Shown here: positions 48,343 to 57,786 of the stretch, piece after piece
Layout: each line of letters starts with the position of its first letter
Position numbering within the stretch: position 1 is the first letter of the stretch
Source: an uncultured Halanaerobium sp.
GTDB lineage: Bacteria > Bacillota > Halanaerobiia > Halanaerobiales > Halanaerobiaceae
Length of the DNA stretch: 64,000 nucleotides
Reading direction: 5' to 3'
Assembly (NCBI GenBank): GCA_964649895.1
Contig: CAZYRX010000004.1
Span: 3,986-67,985, forward strand
Made by a program: the position numbers and the translations under genes
The notes under the pieces: generated by a model
What the model was told of the DNA's origin: nothing
The model's database searches: none
Seen by the model: the letters and a program-made list of their open reading frames with translations, nothing else

Positions 48343-49167
48343 ATGAAAAAGGTATTAACTATTGCAGGTTCAGATTCTGGAGGTGGAGCAGGGATTCAAG
48401 CTGATCTAAAGACAATGACAGTACACGGAGTTTATGGTGCTTCAGTAATTACTTCTGTAACAGCACAAAACACCCTTGGTGTCCAGGGGATTAAAAATCT
48501 TGATGCAGAATTTGTTGCTGTTCAGATTGATTCTGTGCTCAGCGATATTAAAATTGATGCATTAAAAACAGGAATGCTTGGCAGTAGAGAAATTGTTGAA
48601 ATAACTGCAGAGAAAATAGAAGAATATGGATTGGATAATCTGGTAGTAGATCCAGTGATGGCTGCCAGCAGTGGAGATCTGCTGCTTGCTGAAAATGCAG
48701 TAGAAAGTTATAAAGAAAAGCTTTTTCCACTTGCAAAAATAATAACTCCAAATTTAATGGAAGCAAAAATACTCGCTGGTAAAGATCCTGCTGATGAACT
48801 AAGTTCAAAGTATCTTGCAGAAGAACTCTATAAATATGGAAGTGAATATGTGCTCATAAAAGGCGGCCATTTAAATAATGACTTTAAGAATAACAACTCT
48901 TCAAAAGCAAAGGGTTCAGCATACTTAGCAGTTGATCTGCTTTATGATGGTAGGGAATTTGTTGAATTTGAAGCTGAATATATTAATACTAGGCATACAC
49001 ATGGTACAGGCTGTACCCTCTCTGCATCTTTGGCCAGCAATTTGGCAAAAGATCTGAGTATTAAAGAGGCAGCTGCATTAAGTAAGACTTATATAACAGA
49101 AGCAATTAAAAATGGGTTTAAAGTTGGAAAGGGGAATAATCCTGTTAACCATATATTTTCATTATAG
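48343..49167 (+). CDS. thiD: HMP/HMP-P kinase
   Basis: LTIAGSDSGGGAGIQADLK, KTGML, VDPVM, TPN, KGGH, HGTGC. Confidence 0.95.
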   Translation: MKKVLTIAGSDSGGGAGIQADLKTMTVHGVYGASVITSVTAQNTLGVQGIKNLDAEFVAVQIDSVLSDIKIDALKTGMLGSREIVEITAEKIEEYGLDNLVVDPVMAASSGDLLLAENAVESYKEKLFPLAKIITPNLMEAKILAGKDPADELSSKYLAEELYKYGSEYVLIKGGHLNNDFKNNNSSKAKGSAYLAVDLLYDGREFVEFEAEYINTRHTHGTGCTLSASLASNLAKDLSIKEAAALSKTYITEAIKNGFKVGKGNNPVNHIFSL

Positions 49168-49184
49168 TAAAAGGAGATGATTTT

Positions 49185-49853
49185 TTGCTTAGAAAAGACT
49201 GGAACCTTTATTTAATCACTGAAGAACAATTATCTGAGGGGCGCAGCACTTTAGAGGTGGTTAAAGAAGCTGTCAATGGCGGTGTTGATGTTATACAGCT
49301 GCGTGATAAAAATTTAACTCTTAGAGAAAGATATTCGCTTGGCAGAGAGATTAAAAAAATCACAAAAAAATCAAAAGTCGATTTTATAGTTAATGATAGA
49401 GTAGATTTGGCTGCTGTACTTGATGCAGATGGTGTTCATCTTGGCCAGGATGATTTGCCCTGCAGAGAAGCAAGGAGAATACTTGGAGCTGATAAAATTA
49501 TAGGAATCACTTCTATAAAGATGAGAGATATTATTAATGCAGAAAAAGAAGGAGCTGATTATCTAGGCATTGGTTCGGTGTATAAAACTAACTCAAAAAT
49601 AGTAGCTGAAGAAAAAGATGGTATAGGACTTGAAGGAATAAAGAAGGTCAAAAAAATAACATCTTTACCTGTAATTGCTGTCGGAGGCTTAAACAGCAAA
49701 AATGCTGCAGATGTAATTAGAGCAGGTGCAGATGCAGTATCCGTTATCTCATCTCTTACAGGTGCAGATGATATAAAAAGCAGTGCTAAAAATTTAAAAG
49801 AAATAATTAGAAAAGCAAAAAAAGAGAAGTGGTCTAAACTAGAAAGGAGCTAG
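49185..49853 (+). CDS. thiE: Thiamine-phosphate synthase
   Basis: QLRDK, VNDRVD, GVHLGQDD, AVGG. Confidence 0.95.
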   Translation: MLRKDWNLYLITEEQLSEGRSTLEVVKEAVNGGVDVIQLRDKNLTLRERYSLGREIKKITKKSKVDFIVNDRVDLAAVLDADGVHLGQDDLPCREARRILGADKIIGITSIKMRDIINAEKEGADYLGIGSVYKTNSKIVAEEKDGIGLEGIKKVKKITSLPVIAVGGLNSKNAADVIRAGADAVSVISSLTGADDIKSSAKNLKEIIRKAKKEKWSKLERS

Positions 49854-49855
49854 AT

Positions 49856-50674
49856 TTGAAAAATAAGCTAAAGCCAATTAATAGTGTTTATCAAAAAAGA
49901 TGGCAGAAAATAAAAGAAATAATTCAAAAAGAAAAACTATTAATTCATCAGATTGGCAATGATGTTACATTAAATGACTGTGCCAGTATAATTTTAAACT
50001 GGGGAGCACTACCTGTTATGGCATATTCATCAGAAGAAGTATCTGAGACAGTAATAAATGCTTCTGCTTTAGTTTTGAATATTGGTACTTTAACTGAGAT
50101 GAGGTTGAGTTCTATGTTAGCTGCTGGCAAAAAAGCCAACCAATTTGGGATTCCAATAATATTGGATCCAGTTGGTGTTGGAGCATCAGAGTACAGAACC
50201 AGGTCTGCAGAAAAAATTACTGAAGAACTTAATATATCAATAATCAAAGGAAATGAAGGAGAAATATCTGCTTTAGCTGGTGAAGATGCAGAAATAAAAG
50301 GAGTAGAGTCAATAGGAAATTATGCACAAATTCGCACCACAGTCCAGAGGCTGGCTGCAGAATTAAATACTATTGTTGTTGTAAGTTCTGAAATTGATGT
50401 TATTTCTAATGGTAAAACAACCCAAAAAATTACGGGAGGTAGTTCTTTAATGAAAGAGCTTGTGGGAACAGGCTGTATGCTTGCTTCTACACTTGGAGTT
50501 TTTGCGGGAGCAGCTGGAAAATCTGATTTTTCTATCTTTGAGTTAGCTGAAACAGCAGTCTATTATTATAATTTAGCAGCTGAAATAGCAGCAAAAAAAG
50601 AACTGACTCCAGCAAAATTCAAAATAGAATTTATGGACAATATTTATCTGCTGCAGAATGGATGCTTAATATAA
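49856..50674 (+). CDS. thiM: Hydroxyethylthiazole kinase
   Basis: PVMA, LNIGTL, LDPVGVGAS, IKGNEGEI, GTGCML. Confidence 0.9.
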   Translation: MKNKLKPINSVYQKRWQKIKEIIQKEKLLIHQIGNDVTLNDCASIILNWGALPVMAYSSEEVSETVINASALVLNIGTLTEMRLSSMLAAGKKANQFGIPIILDPVGVGASEYRTRSAEKITEELNISIIKGNEGEISALAGEDAEIKGVESIGNYAQIRTTVQRLAAELNTIVVVSSEIDVISNGKTTQKITGGSSLMKELVGTGCMLASTLGVFAGAAGKSDFSIFELAETAVYYYNLAAEIAAKKELTPAKFKIEFMDNIYLLQNGCLI

Positions 50675-50786
50675 TATTCAATTAAGAATAATTGCCAAAG
50701 TAATGTTTTTAATTTTAGATTTTTGGCTAAGAAAAGTTTGATGTATAAAAATGTAATTTAATAATAAAAATACAGGAGGAATAAAA

Positions 50787-51482
50787 GTGAAAATCAAAGA
50801 TAAACTTTCAGTAAATAATGAGAAATTCAATCACGGAGCAGAGGATTTTGAGATCTGGTTTAAGAACAACAAGAATCTTTTTATGAGTGAATTCAATGCT
50901 CTAAAGAAAATGGTAACAGATCCAGAAAATTGTATAAGTGTTGGAGTAGGGAATGGACTTTTTGCAAAAAAATTAGGAATAAAAAAAGGTGTAGAACCTT
51001 CAGAGGGTATGGCAGAACTAGCACGAAAAAAAGGAATTGATGTTATTGAAGGTAGAGCAGAAGAGCTTCCACTAGCAGATGAAAGTGCAGAACAGGTGCT
51101 GCTCGGAACAATACTGGCCTATGTAGATGATAAAAAAAAGACTGTTCAAGAGGCTTATAGGGTCTTAAAAAAAGGTGGAGAGGTGATAATCTCTATTTTG
51201 CCTGCTGAGTCTTCATTTGGAATTCTCTATAGACTTGCCTCTATTGAAGGCTATTATTTAAATAAAATTTCGCCAAAATATCCTTATCCGATGGAATTTC
51301 TTGAAGGTACAGATTGGATTGGAACAGAAGAGCTGATAAAAATTATGGAAGAGGTAGGATTTAAAAAATTAGAGTTTATGCAGACACTTACTAGACATCC
51401 TAAATATGCAAATGAATTAGTCGAAGAGGCAGTAGATGGATATAAAAAAGGGGATTATGTGGTTGTTAAGGGGGTTAAATAA
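50787..51482 (+). CDS. Class I SAM-dependent methyltransferase
   Basis: SVGVGNG, GVEPSEGM, GRAEELP, EAYRVLKKGG. Confidence 0.8.
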   Translation: MKIKDKLSVNNEKFNHGAEDFEIWFKNNKNLFMSEFNALKKMVTDPENCISVGVGNGLFAKKLGIKKGVEPSEGMAELARKKGIDVIEGRAEELPLADESAEQVLLGTILAYVDDKKKTVQEAYRVLKKGGEVIISILPAESSFGILYRLASIEGYYLNKISPKYPYPMEFLEGTDWIGTEELIKIMEEVGFKKLEFMQTLTRHPKYANELVEEAVDGYKKGDYVVVKGVK

Positions 51483-51483
51483 A

Positions 51484-52140
51484 TTGCAGTTTAAAAGTCT
51501 TGTTGAAGAAACAAAAGATAATTGGAAGAAGGTAATTAAGCATCGATTTGTAGATCAGATTTTTGCAGGTGAGCTTGCTGAAGATATATTTAAGTTTTAT
51601 TTGAAACAGGATTATTATTACTTAAATCAGTCGATGCGAAATATGGCAATTTTAATATCTAAGCTGGATGATGTTAAGGCAAAACAAAAATTAATTGCTG
51701 TATTATATAGTGAAGCTAATCTAGAATTTTCTGAATATGAAAAAATGCTTAGCTTATATAATATTAATTACAAAAACTATAATAATTTTGAGCTGAGTTA
51801 TGCAAATATAGCTTATTCTAATTATTTGATTGCTGTCAGTTCTCAAAATACTTTTGCTGAAGGATTGGCAGCTCTAATCCCCTGCTATTGGCTTTATCTA
51901 AAAATGGCTGAAATACATGCTGATAAATTAAAGAAAAACCAAAATGAAATCTATAAAAATTGGGCAGCAGTATTTAAAAGAGATGAATTCAGTCAGCTGG
52001 TTGAAGATCTAATTTTTCTACTAGAAGCAGAATTTAGAGAAGAAAATTTTGAACTGCTTAAATACCACTTTAATAATTCGATAAAGTTTGAATATCAATT
52101 TTTTAATGATGTATACCACAAAAAAATCTGGAAAATCTGA
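51484..52140 (+). CDS. tenA: TenA aminopyrimidine aminohydrolase (thiaminase II)
   Basis: HRFV, YLKQDYYY, PCYWLY catalytic Cys, EYQFF; TTG 51484 after GGGGG RBS. Confidence 0.85.
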   Translation: MQFKSLVEETKDNWKKVIKHRFVDQIFAGELAEDIFKFYLKQDYYYLNQSMRNMAILISKLDDVKAKQKLIAVLYSEANLEFSEYEKMLSLYNINYKNYNNFELSYANIAYSNYLIAVSSQNTFAEGLAALIPCYWLYLKMAEIHADKLKKNQNEIYKNWAAVFKRDEFSQLVEDLIFLLEAEFREENFELLKYHFNNSIKFEYQFFNDVYHKKIWKI

Positions 52141-52291
52141 TTTAAATAACAATTGCAAAATCTTGACAAAAATGATAATGTATAAATAAGTAAATATTAA
52201 AAAAATTGAATATAATTTAAATTTAGTATTTACCCACCATGTATTTATTAATGTTTTTATATATTATCATTTAAGGAAGGTGGTATGCAGA

Positions 52292-53593
52292 TTGGACTTT
52301 TTGGTAAACAACCCACAGTTTTGGAGAACTAATGGTGCAGGTGAAGATCTTCCAGAAAACTTAGAAGTTGAACTGGAAGATGGCAAGTTAAAGATCCCTG
52401 TAAAAGTAAAAGAAAAACTTGGTTTTGATGAGGATACTGCTGTTAATATTAAACTTGGTTCAAAAGGTTTTTATTTAGAGAGAAGTGATCCACTCCTGAC
52501 CAGGGTATATATTGAACCGACAAGTGACTGTAATTTGAACTGCAAGACATGTGTAAGACACTCCTGGGATGAAGAAATGGGTCATATGGATTTTGATGTC
52601 TATAAAAAACTTATTGATGAATTAAAAGAGTTCAAGCATTTGGAGAAGATTGCATTCTGGGGTATTGGTGAGCCAACTTATCATCCTGAGATTGCTGAGA
52701 TGATTGCATTAGCCTCAGAGCTGGGAGTTCAAACTCAGATGATTACTAATGCACTGCTTTTAGATGAAAAGAAAGCAAATGCTGTCTTAGATGCTGGTTT
52801 GGATAGTATAGTTGTTTCTGTTGATGGTACTTCTCCTGAAACAATGGCAGATATTCGCTCTGGTGCAGATCTGGCACGGGTGATTGAAAATGTTAAAAGA
52901 TTTCGCAGTTTAAGAGATAAGAAAAAGCTTGAAACAGAAATTGGTATTGAGTATGTGATTATGAAGTCAAATGTTGATGAGCTTAAAGAACTGCGGAAAT
53001 TAGCTTATGATCTGGGAGCTTCTTTTATCTTTTTGACAAATTTGCTGCCTTATACAGAGTCGATGACCGATGAAATTCTCTATTCATTTTCGATCAGCCG
53101 TTCTCAACCTGAAAAAAGAACTCATCACAGACCTGAAATATATCTTCCTCCTACAGATCTAAGAGAAGATATTATTAAAGATATTGCAGCTATTGGTGGA
53201 AAATCAAGTAATATCAGTACTACACAGGTGCCTTTCAATCCTCATCGCGGTTACTGTAAATTTGTAGAGGATGGGTCGATTGCTGTTAACTGGCGGGGAG
53301 AGATAAGTCCCTGTATTGCTCTAATGCACAGCTATGACCTTTATATTAGAGAAAGAGAAAAGCATATTAATAAATATGTTTTAGGAAATATTGGGGAAGA
53401 AGATTTAAATTCAATTTGGTACAGTGATGAATTTAAAAAATTTAGAAAAGATGTAAAGGAATTTCCTTTTTCCGACTGCACTCAATGTTCTGGATGTGAG
53501 ATGTCAAAGGAAAATGAAGAAGATTGTCATGGTAATGAATTCCCGGTATGTGGAGACTGTTTATGGGCCAGAGGAGTTATTCAATGCCCCTAA
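52292..53593 (+). CDS. Radical SAM/SPASM protein of the tungsten-cofactor oxidoreductase maturase type
   Basis: CNLNCKTC, GIGEP, SVDG, SPASM Cys cluster, C-terminal CGDCLWARGVIQCP; upstream of aor; start TTG 52292 or GTG 52280. Confidence 0.8.
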   Translation: MDFLVNNPQFWRTNGAGEDLPENLEVELEDGKLKIPVKVKEKLGFDEDTAVNIKLGSKGFYLERSDPLLTRVYIEPTSDCNLNCKTCVRHSWDEEMGHMDFDVYKKLIDELKEFKHLEKIAFWGIGEPTYHPEIAEMIALASELGVQTQMITNALLLDEKKANAVLDAGLDSIVVSVDGTSPETMADIRSGADLARVIENVKRFRSLRDKKKLETEIGIEYVIMKSNVDELKELRKLAYDLGASFIFLTNLLPYTESMTDEILYSFSISRSQPEKRTHHRPEIYLPPTDLREDIIKDIAAIGGKSSNISTTQVPFNPHRGYCKFVEDGSIAVNWRGEISPCIALMHSYDLYIREREKHINKYVLGNIGEEDLNSIWYSDEFKKFRKDVKEFPFSDCTQCSGCEMSKENEEDCHGNEFPVCGDCLWARGVIQCP

Positions 53594-53737
53594 ATTTATA
53601 ACTAAATTTTATATTCAATATAAGCTTAGCTTTTAATTAAAAAAATATTCACAAAAATATAAATTTTTCTAAAAATTAAGAAGGATTTTGGCCTTGTATA
53701 TTTAATATGTATTATATAAAGCAAGAAATATTTTTAT

Positions 53738-53837
53738 ATACCTTCGAGTTATTTTGCCTAAAGAATTTTCCACGGCATTTTAACCGCTGGGTTGATGAAG
53801 AAATGAATCAGCCTCCCGTGCTTGGAAAGAAGAGTAA
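53738..53837 (+). ncRNA. Moco/Tuco RNA motif riboswitch
   Basis: cttcgag...gcctaa...cacggc...cgctggg...gaaa...gcctcccgtgcttggaaagaag directly before the aor RBS. Confidence 0.82.
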
Positions 53838-53858
53838 ATCTAAGGAGGTATAACATTA

Positions 53859-55664
53859 ATGGGTAAAATTTATGAGTACAATGTTTTAAGAGTTGATCTT
53901 ACAAATGAGGAGATCAAAAGAGAGAAAATTGCTGGTGAGAAAGTCAAGAAGTTTTTAGGTGGTCGTGGTCTTGGATCAAAAATTCTTTATGATGAAATAG
54001 ATCCTACTATCGATGCCCTTAGTCCTGAAAACAAATTAATCTATGCAACAGGATTATTAACAGGTACAGCTGCTTCAACAGGTGGCCGTTACATGGTTAT
54101 TACCAAAGGACCTCTAACAGGTACAATTGCAAGCAGTAATTCTGGTGGATTTTTCGGTGCAGAATTAAGATTCAGCGGAAATGATATTATAATTTTTGAA
54201 GGTAAAGCAGAAAAGCCAGTTTATCTTTCCTTAAAAGGAGATAAGGCAGAGCTTAAAGATGCTTCCCATCTTTGGGGCAAAGGAGTTTATGAGACAACAG
54301 ATACATTAATAGAAGAATTTGGCGATGAAAAAGCAAGAGTTAGCTGTATTGGCCCTGCTGGAGAAAATCTTGTTAAGTTTGCTTCTATAATGAATGAAAA
54401 AGACCGTGCTGCTGGTAGAACTGGTGTAGGTGCGGTAATGGGTTCTAAGAATTTAAAAGCTGTTGTTGTTAAAGCTGAAGAAAAACAGGTAGAGTATTTT
54501 AAAGATGAGATGATGGAAGTTGTGAGAAAACAAACTAAAACATTGAAAGAGGATGGTGTAACTGGAGAAGGTCTTCCTGCTCTAGGTACAAAAGTTCTTG
54601 ACAATATTGTTAACTCACATGGTGCTTATCCTAGAAATAACTTCCAGTACGCAACATTTGATAAAGTTGATGAAGTATCTGGAGAAGCCTTAGTTGAAAA
54701 AGGTTATCTGCAGGGTAACAAAGGATGTTATGGATGTCCTATCCGCTGTGGTAGAGATACTAAGCTGCCTAATGGACAGCAAGGTGAAGGTCCTGAATAT
54801 GAAACCGGCTGGGCTTTTGGTGCTCAATGTGGTGTAAGTGACTTAAATGCTATTGTACAGGCTAACTTCCTCTGTAATGATCTTGGTATGGATACAATTT
54901 CTGCAGGTGTAACAATTGGCTGTGCTATGGAATTATATGAAAAAGGTTATGTAGATAAAGAAGAATTTGAAAATGGTCCAGAATTGGCGTTTGGTTCTTC
55001 AGAATCGATAACTTATTATACAAGACAGATGGCTCTTCGTGAAGGATTTGGAGATCAGATGGCTGAAGGTTCTTATAGATTAGCTGAATCTAAAGGTAAT
55101 GCAGAGCTATCAATGAGTGTTAAAAAACAGGAATTACCTGCTTATGATCCACGTGGATTACAGGGTCATGGATTAAACTATGTTACTTCTAACCGTGGTG
55201 GTTGTCATGTAAGAGGGTATATGGTTTCTCCTGAGGTACTTGGTGTGCCTGAGAAGCTTGATCCACAGGAATTAAAAGGCAAGCCTGAATGGGTTATTAT
55301 ATTCCAGGATTTAACAGCTGTTATTGATTCAATTGGAATGTGCCTCTTTACTTCATTTGCTCTTGGTTTAGAAGACTATACTGAAATTGCTAATGCAGGT
55401 ACAGAGTTTGAATTTACTCCTGAAGAAATGCTGGAAAATGGTGAAAGAATCTATAACTTAGAACGTCAGTTTAATCTTGAAGCAGGAATCACACCTGCAG
55501 AAGATAGATTACCTGATCGTTTTGATGATCCTCTACCAGATGGTACATTTAGAGGTGTTAATACTAAATATAGAGAAATTCTGCCTGAGTATTATGAGTT
55601 GCGCGGCTGGCAGGAAGATGGCTATATTAGTGATGAAAAATTAGGAGAGATGGGACTGAAGTAA
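53859..55664 (+). CDS. aor: Tungsten aldehyde:ferredoxin oxidoreductase
   Basis: LGGRGLG, IGPAGEN, RAAGRTGVGAVMGSKNLKA, CYGCPIRC, GPEYET, GMDTIS, RGGCH, GMCLF. Confidence 0.93.
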   Translation: MGKIYEYNVLRVDLTNEEIKREKIAGEKVKKFLGGRGLGSKILYDEIDPTIDALSPENKLIYATGLLTGTAASTGGRYMVITKGPLTGTIASSNSGGFFGAELRFSGNDIIIFEGKAEKPVYLSLKGDKAELKDASHLWGKGVYETTDTLIEEFGDEKARVSCIGPAGENLVKFASIMNEKDRAAGRTGVGAVMGSKNLKAVVVKAEEKQVEYFKDEMMEVVRKQTKTLKEDGVTGEGLPALGTKVLDNIVNSHGAYPRNNFQYATFDKVDEVSGEALVEKGYLQGNKGCYGCPIRCGRDTKLPNGQQGEGPEYETGWAFGAQCGVSDLNAIVQANFLCNDLGMDTISAGVTIGCAMELYEKGYVDKEEFENGPELAFGSSESITYYTRQMALREGFGDQMAEGSYRLAESKGNAELSMSVKKQELPAYDPRGLQGHGLNYVTSNRGGCHVRGYMVSPEVLGVPEKLDPQELKGKPEWVIIFQDLTAVIDSIGMCLFTSFALGLEDYTEIANAGTEFEFTPEEMLENGERIYNLERQFNLEAGITPAEDRLPDRFDDPLPDGTFRGVNTKYREILPEYYELRGWQEDGYISDEKLGEMGLK

Positions 55665-55946
55665 ATGTCAGTTAAAGTTAAGTTCTATTCTTTGTTTAAA
55701 ATAAACTTAAAAAGTTCAGGAAAAGAATATCAAATAGATGGTGAAATCACCGTCACAGATTTGATTTCTATGCTGGACGATGATTATGACGGATATTTTA
55801 GTCATAAATTATTGGATGCCGGGGAAATTGCTCCCGGCTCCATCATTTTAATTAATGGAGAGAATGTTATTCATATTGATGGTCTTGACTCAAAAATAAA
55901 AGATGGAGATACAATCACTTTATTTCCTCCATCAGCAGGTGGTTAG
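55665..55946 (+). CDS. MoaD/ThiS sulfur carrier
   Basis: Beta-grasp size, C-terminal FPPSAGG. Confidence 0.9.
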   Translation: MSVKVKFYSLFKINLKSSGKEYQIDGEITVTDLISMLDDDYDGYFSHKLLDAGEIAPGSIILINGENVIHIDGLDSKIKDGDTITLFPPSAGG

Positions 55947-56615
55947 ATGAAAGACTATCTTAAAAGACAGCTGGGATTATTTTCTGAAGATGAAAGAGAA
56001 CTGATTTCTGATTTAAATGTTATGATAGCTGGTGCAGGTGGACTTGGTACTAATCAAGCTATTCAACTTCAGAGGATAGGAATTAATAAGATTTATCTTT
56101 ATGACTATGATCAGGTTGAATTATCTAATTTGAATCGCCAGCTCTGCTACGGCAGAGAGGATATTGGCAGATATAAAGTTGAAGCTTCACTTGAATTTCT
56201 GCAGAGTTTTAATCTCGAAACAGAGATTATTCCTAAACAGGAAAAAATAACTGAGAAAACTGAATTACCTGCAGACATTGATATAATTTTTGATGCTCTA
56301 GATAATTTTGAGACACGTTTTATCTTAGAAGATTTAGCTGCAAAAAATAATTTAGCTCTGATTCATGCTGGTGTTGAAGGGTTTTTTGCTCAGCTGATGC
56401 TTATACTGCCGGAGAGTAAGACTTCTCTTAAAGATATTTTCGCGGGAGCTCAAAAAGGTGATGTACCAGATGTTTTTTCACCAGCTGTTACAATTACAGC
56501 TGCATTTCAAGTAATTGAGGCTGTGAAATATCTTTTAGACAGAAAAGAAGCTCTTGAAAATGAAATTCTTCATATTGATATGATCAATAATGAAATTGAT
56601 AGAATCAGATTATAG
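55947..56615 (+). CDS. ThiF/MoeB-family adenylyltransferase
   Basis: GAGGLG, DQVELSNLNRQ, DALDNFETR. Confidence 0.88.
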   Translation: MKDYLKRQLGLFSEDERELISDLNVMIAGAGGLGTNQAIQLQRIGINKIYLYDYDQVELSNLNRQLCYGREDIGRYKVEASLEFLQSFNLETEIIPKQEKITEKTELPADIDIIFDALDNFETRFILEDLAAKNNLALIHAGVEGFFAQLMLILPESKTSLKDIFAGAQKGDVPDVFSPAVTITAAFQVIEAVKYLLDRKEALENEILHIDMINNEIDRIRL

Positions 56616-56663
56616 TCTTGATTTTAAGAATAATTAAGTTTAAAATATATATAATGATGTTTT

Positions 56664-56694
56664 ATAAGCCCTGCTTCGATAGAGGGCTTTATTT
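56664..56694 (+). terminator. Terminator of the aor operon
   Basis: aagccct...agggctttt. Confidence 0.65.
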
Positions 56695-56770
56695 AATGTA
56701 TAATAAAACTAAAATCAGCTATAATTATCAGTCGGCAGCAGTGCTTTTTGAGGAGAGGAGGTTAAAAAAT

Positions 56771-57532
56771 ATGACTGCAGAAATATATCACTTATTTCAC
56801 AGTGGAACAGTAGTAAAATATAATAATAAATTATATATATTTGATTATTATAAAGATGAGCTGGATTCGGAATCTGAGCAAGATGATAATTTAAGTTCAT
56901 TGGAAAAAGGTATAATTAGACGAGATAGTTTTGAGGATATAGAAGAAACAATTATTTTTGTCAGCCATGATCATCACGATCATTATAATAAAGTTATTTT
57001 TGATTGGGAAGATTATTGTCATAACTGTACATATATTTTAGCTGATCAGGTAAATTTAGAAGCGGAGCTGAGTTCCAAAGATAATCTTTATCAAATTGAA
57101 GCAGATCAAGAATTGAGATTAGAGGATTTGACTGTTAAAACTTATGGAAGTACAGATGAAGGTGTTTCGTTTTTAGTGAAAGCAGATGGGCTCAATATTT
57201 TTCATGCTGGAGATTTAAATTGGTGGAAGTGGAAAAAATTTAGTCACAGAGTACAAAAAAGAGAAGAAAGAGGGTTCAAAAGAGAGATTGACAAGATAAT
57301 TGGAGAGAAAATTGATATAGCCTTTGTGCCTGTAGATCCAAGATTAGAGGAATATTATTATCTTGCAGGAGAATATTTCATAGAGCAGATAAAACCTGGG
57401 ATCTTTATTCCCATTCATTTTTCTTCTAATTTTAAAATAACAAAGAAGTTTAAGAGTAAAATGGCTGCTGGTCTAAAAACTGAAATAGCTGAGATAGGAA
57501 AAAGAGGAGAAAAGATATTCTATAAAATTTAA
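56771..57532 (+). CDS. Metallo-beta-lactamase-fold hydrolase
   Basis: HSG, SHDHHDH, STDEGVSF, HAGDLNWW, PIHF; GAGGAGG before ATG 56771. Confidence 0.85.
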   Translation: MTAEIYHLFHSGTVVKYNNKLYIFDYYKDELDSESEQDDNLSSLEKGIIRRDSFEDIEETIIFVSHDHHDHYNKVIFDWEDYCHNCTYILADQVNLEAELSSKDNLYQIEADQELRLEDLTVKTYGSTDEGVSFLVKADGLNIFHAGDLNWWKWKKFSHRVQKREERGFKREIDKIIGEKIDIAFVPVDPRLEEYYYLAGEYFIEQIKPGIFIPIHFSSNFKITKKFKSKMAAGLKTEIAEIGKRGEKIFYKI

Positions 57533-57631
57533 ATTATTAGCGAACTATTGGCAGCTTTTTTGAGGCTTATTTTGTAGTATAAAAATGTTTTTATAATTCT
57601 AAAGCATAAGAGTTTTCTATTGTTATTTTAA

Positions 57632-57693
57632 TTGAAAATAATATTACAAAATGATATAGTTATAGTATAGTATTTTACAAATACTATACTATA
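57632..57693 (+). promoter_or_regulatory. Promoter with a 15-bp-arm inverted repeat at the start site
   Basis: TTGAAA-17-TATAGT (extended TG); tatagtatagtattt-tac-aaatactatactata at 57661-57693. Confidence 0.6.
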
Positions 57694-57786
57694 TTTTTTT
57701 GTATATAAATTTAGTAATTTAACATACTAAATTTGGCTTTAGATAATTTTGCCAAATTAAAACCTGAAAATTGAGGAGATATTATT

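Noticed and set aside
56618-56770. 51-aa N-terminal extension of the MBL hydrolase
   Set aside because: It spans a terminator; the strong RBS points to ATG 56771
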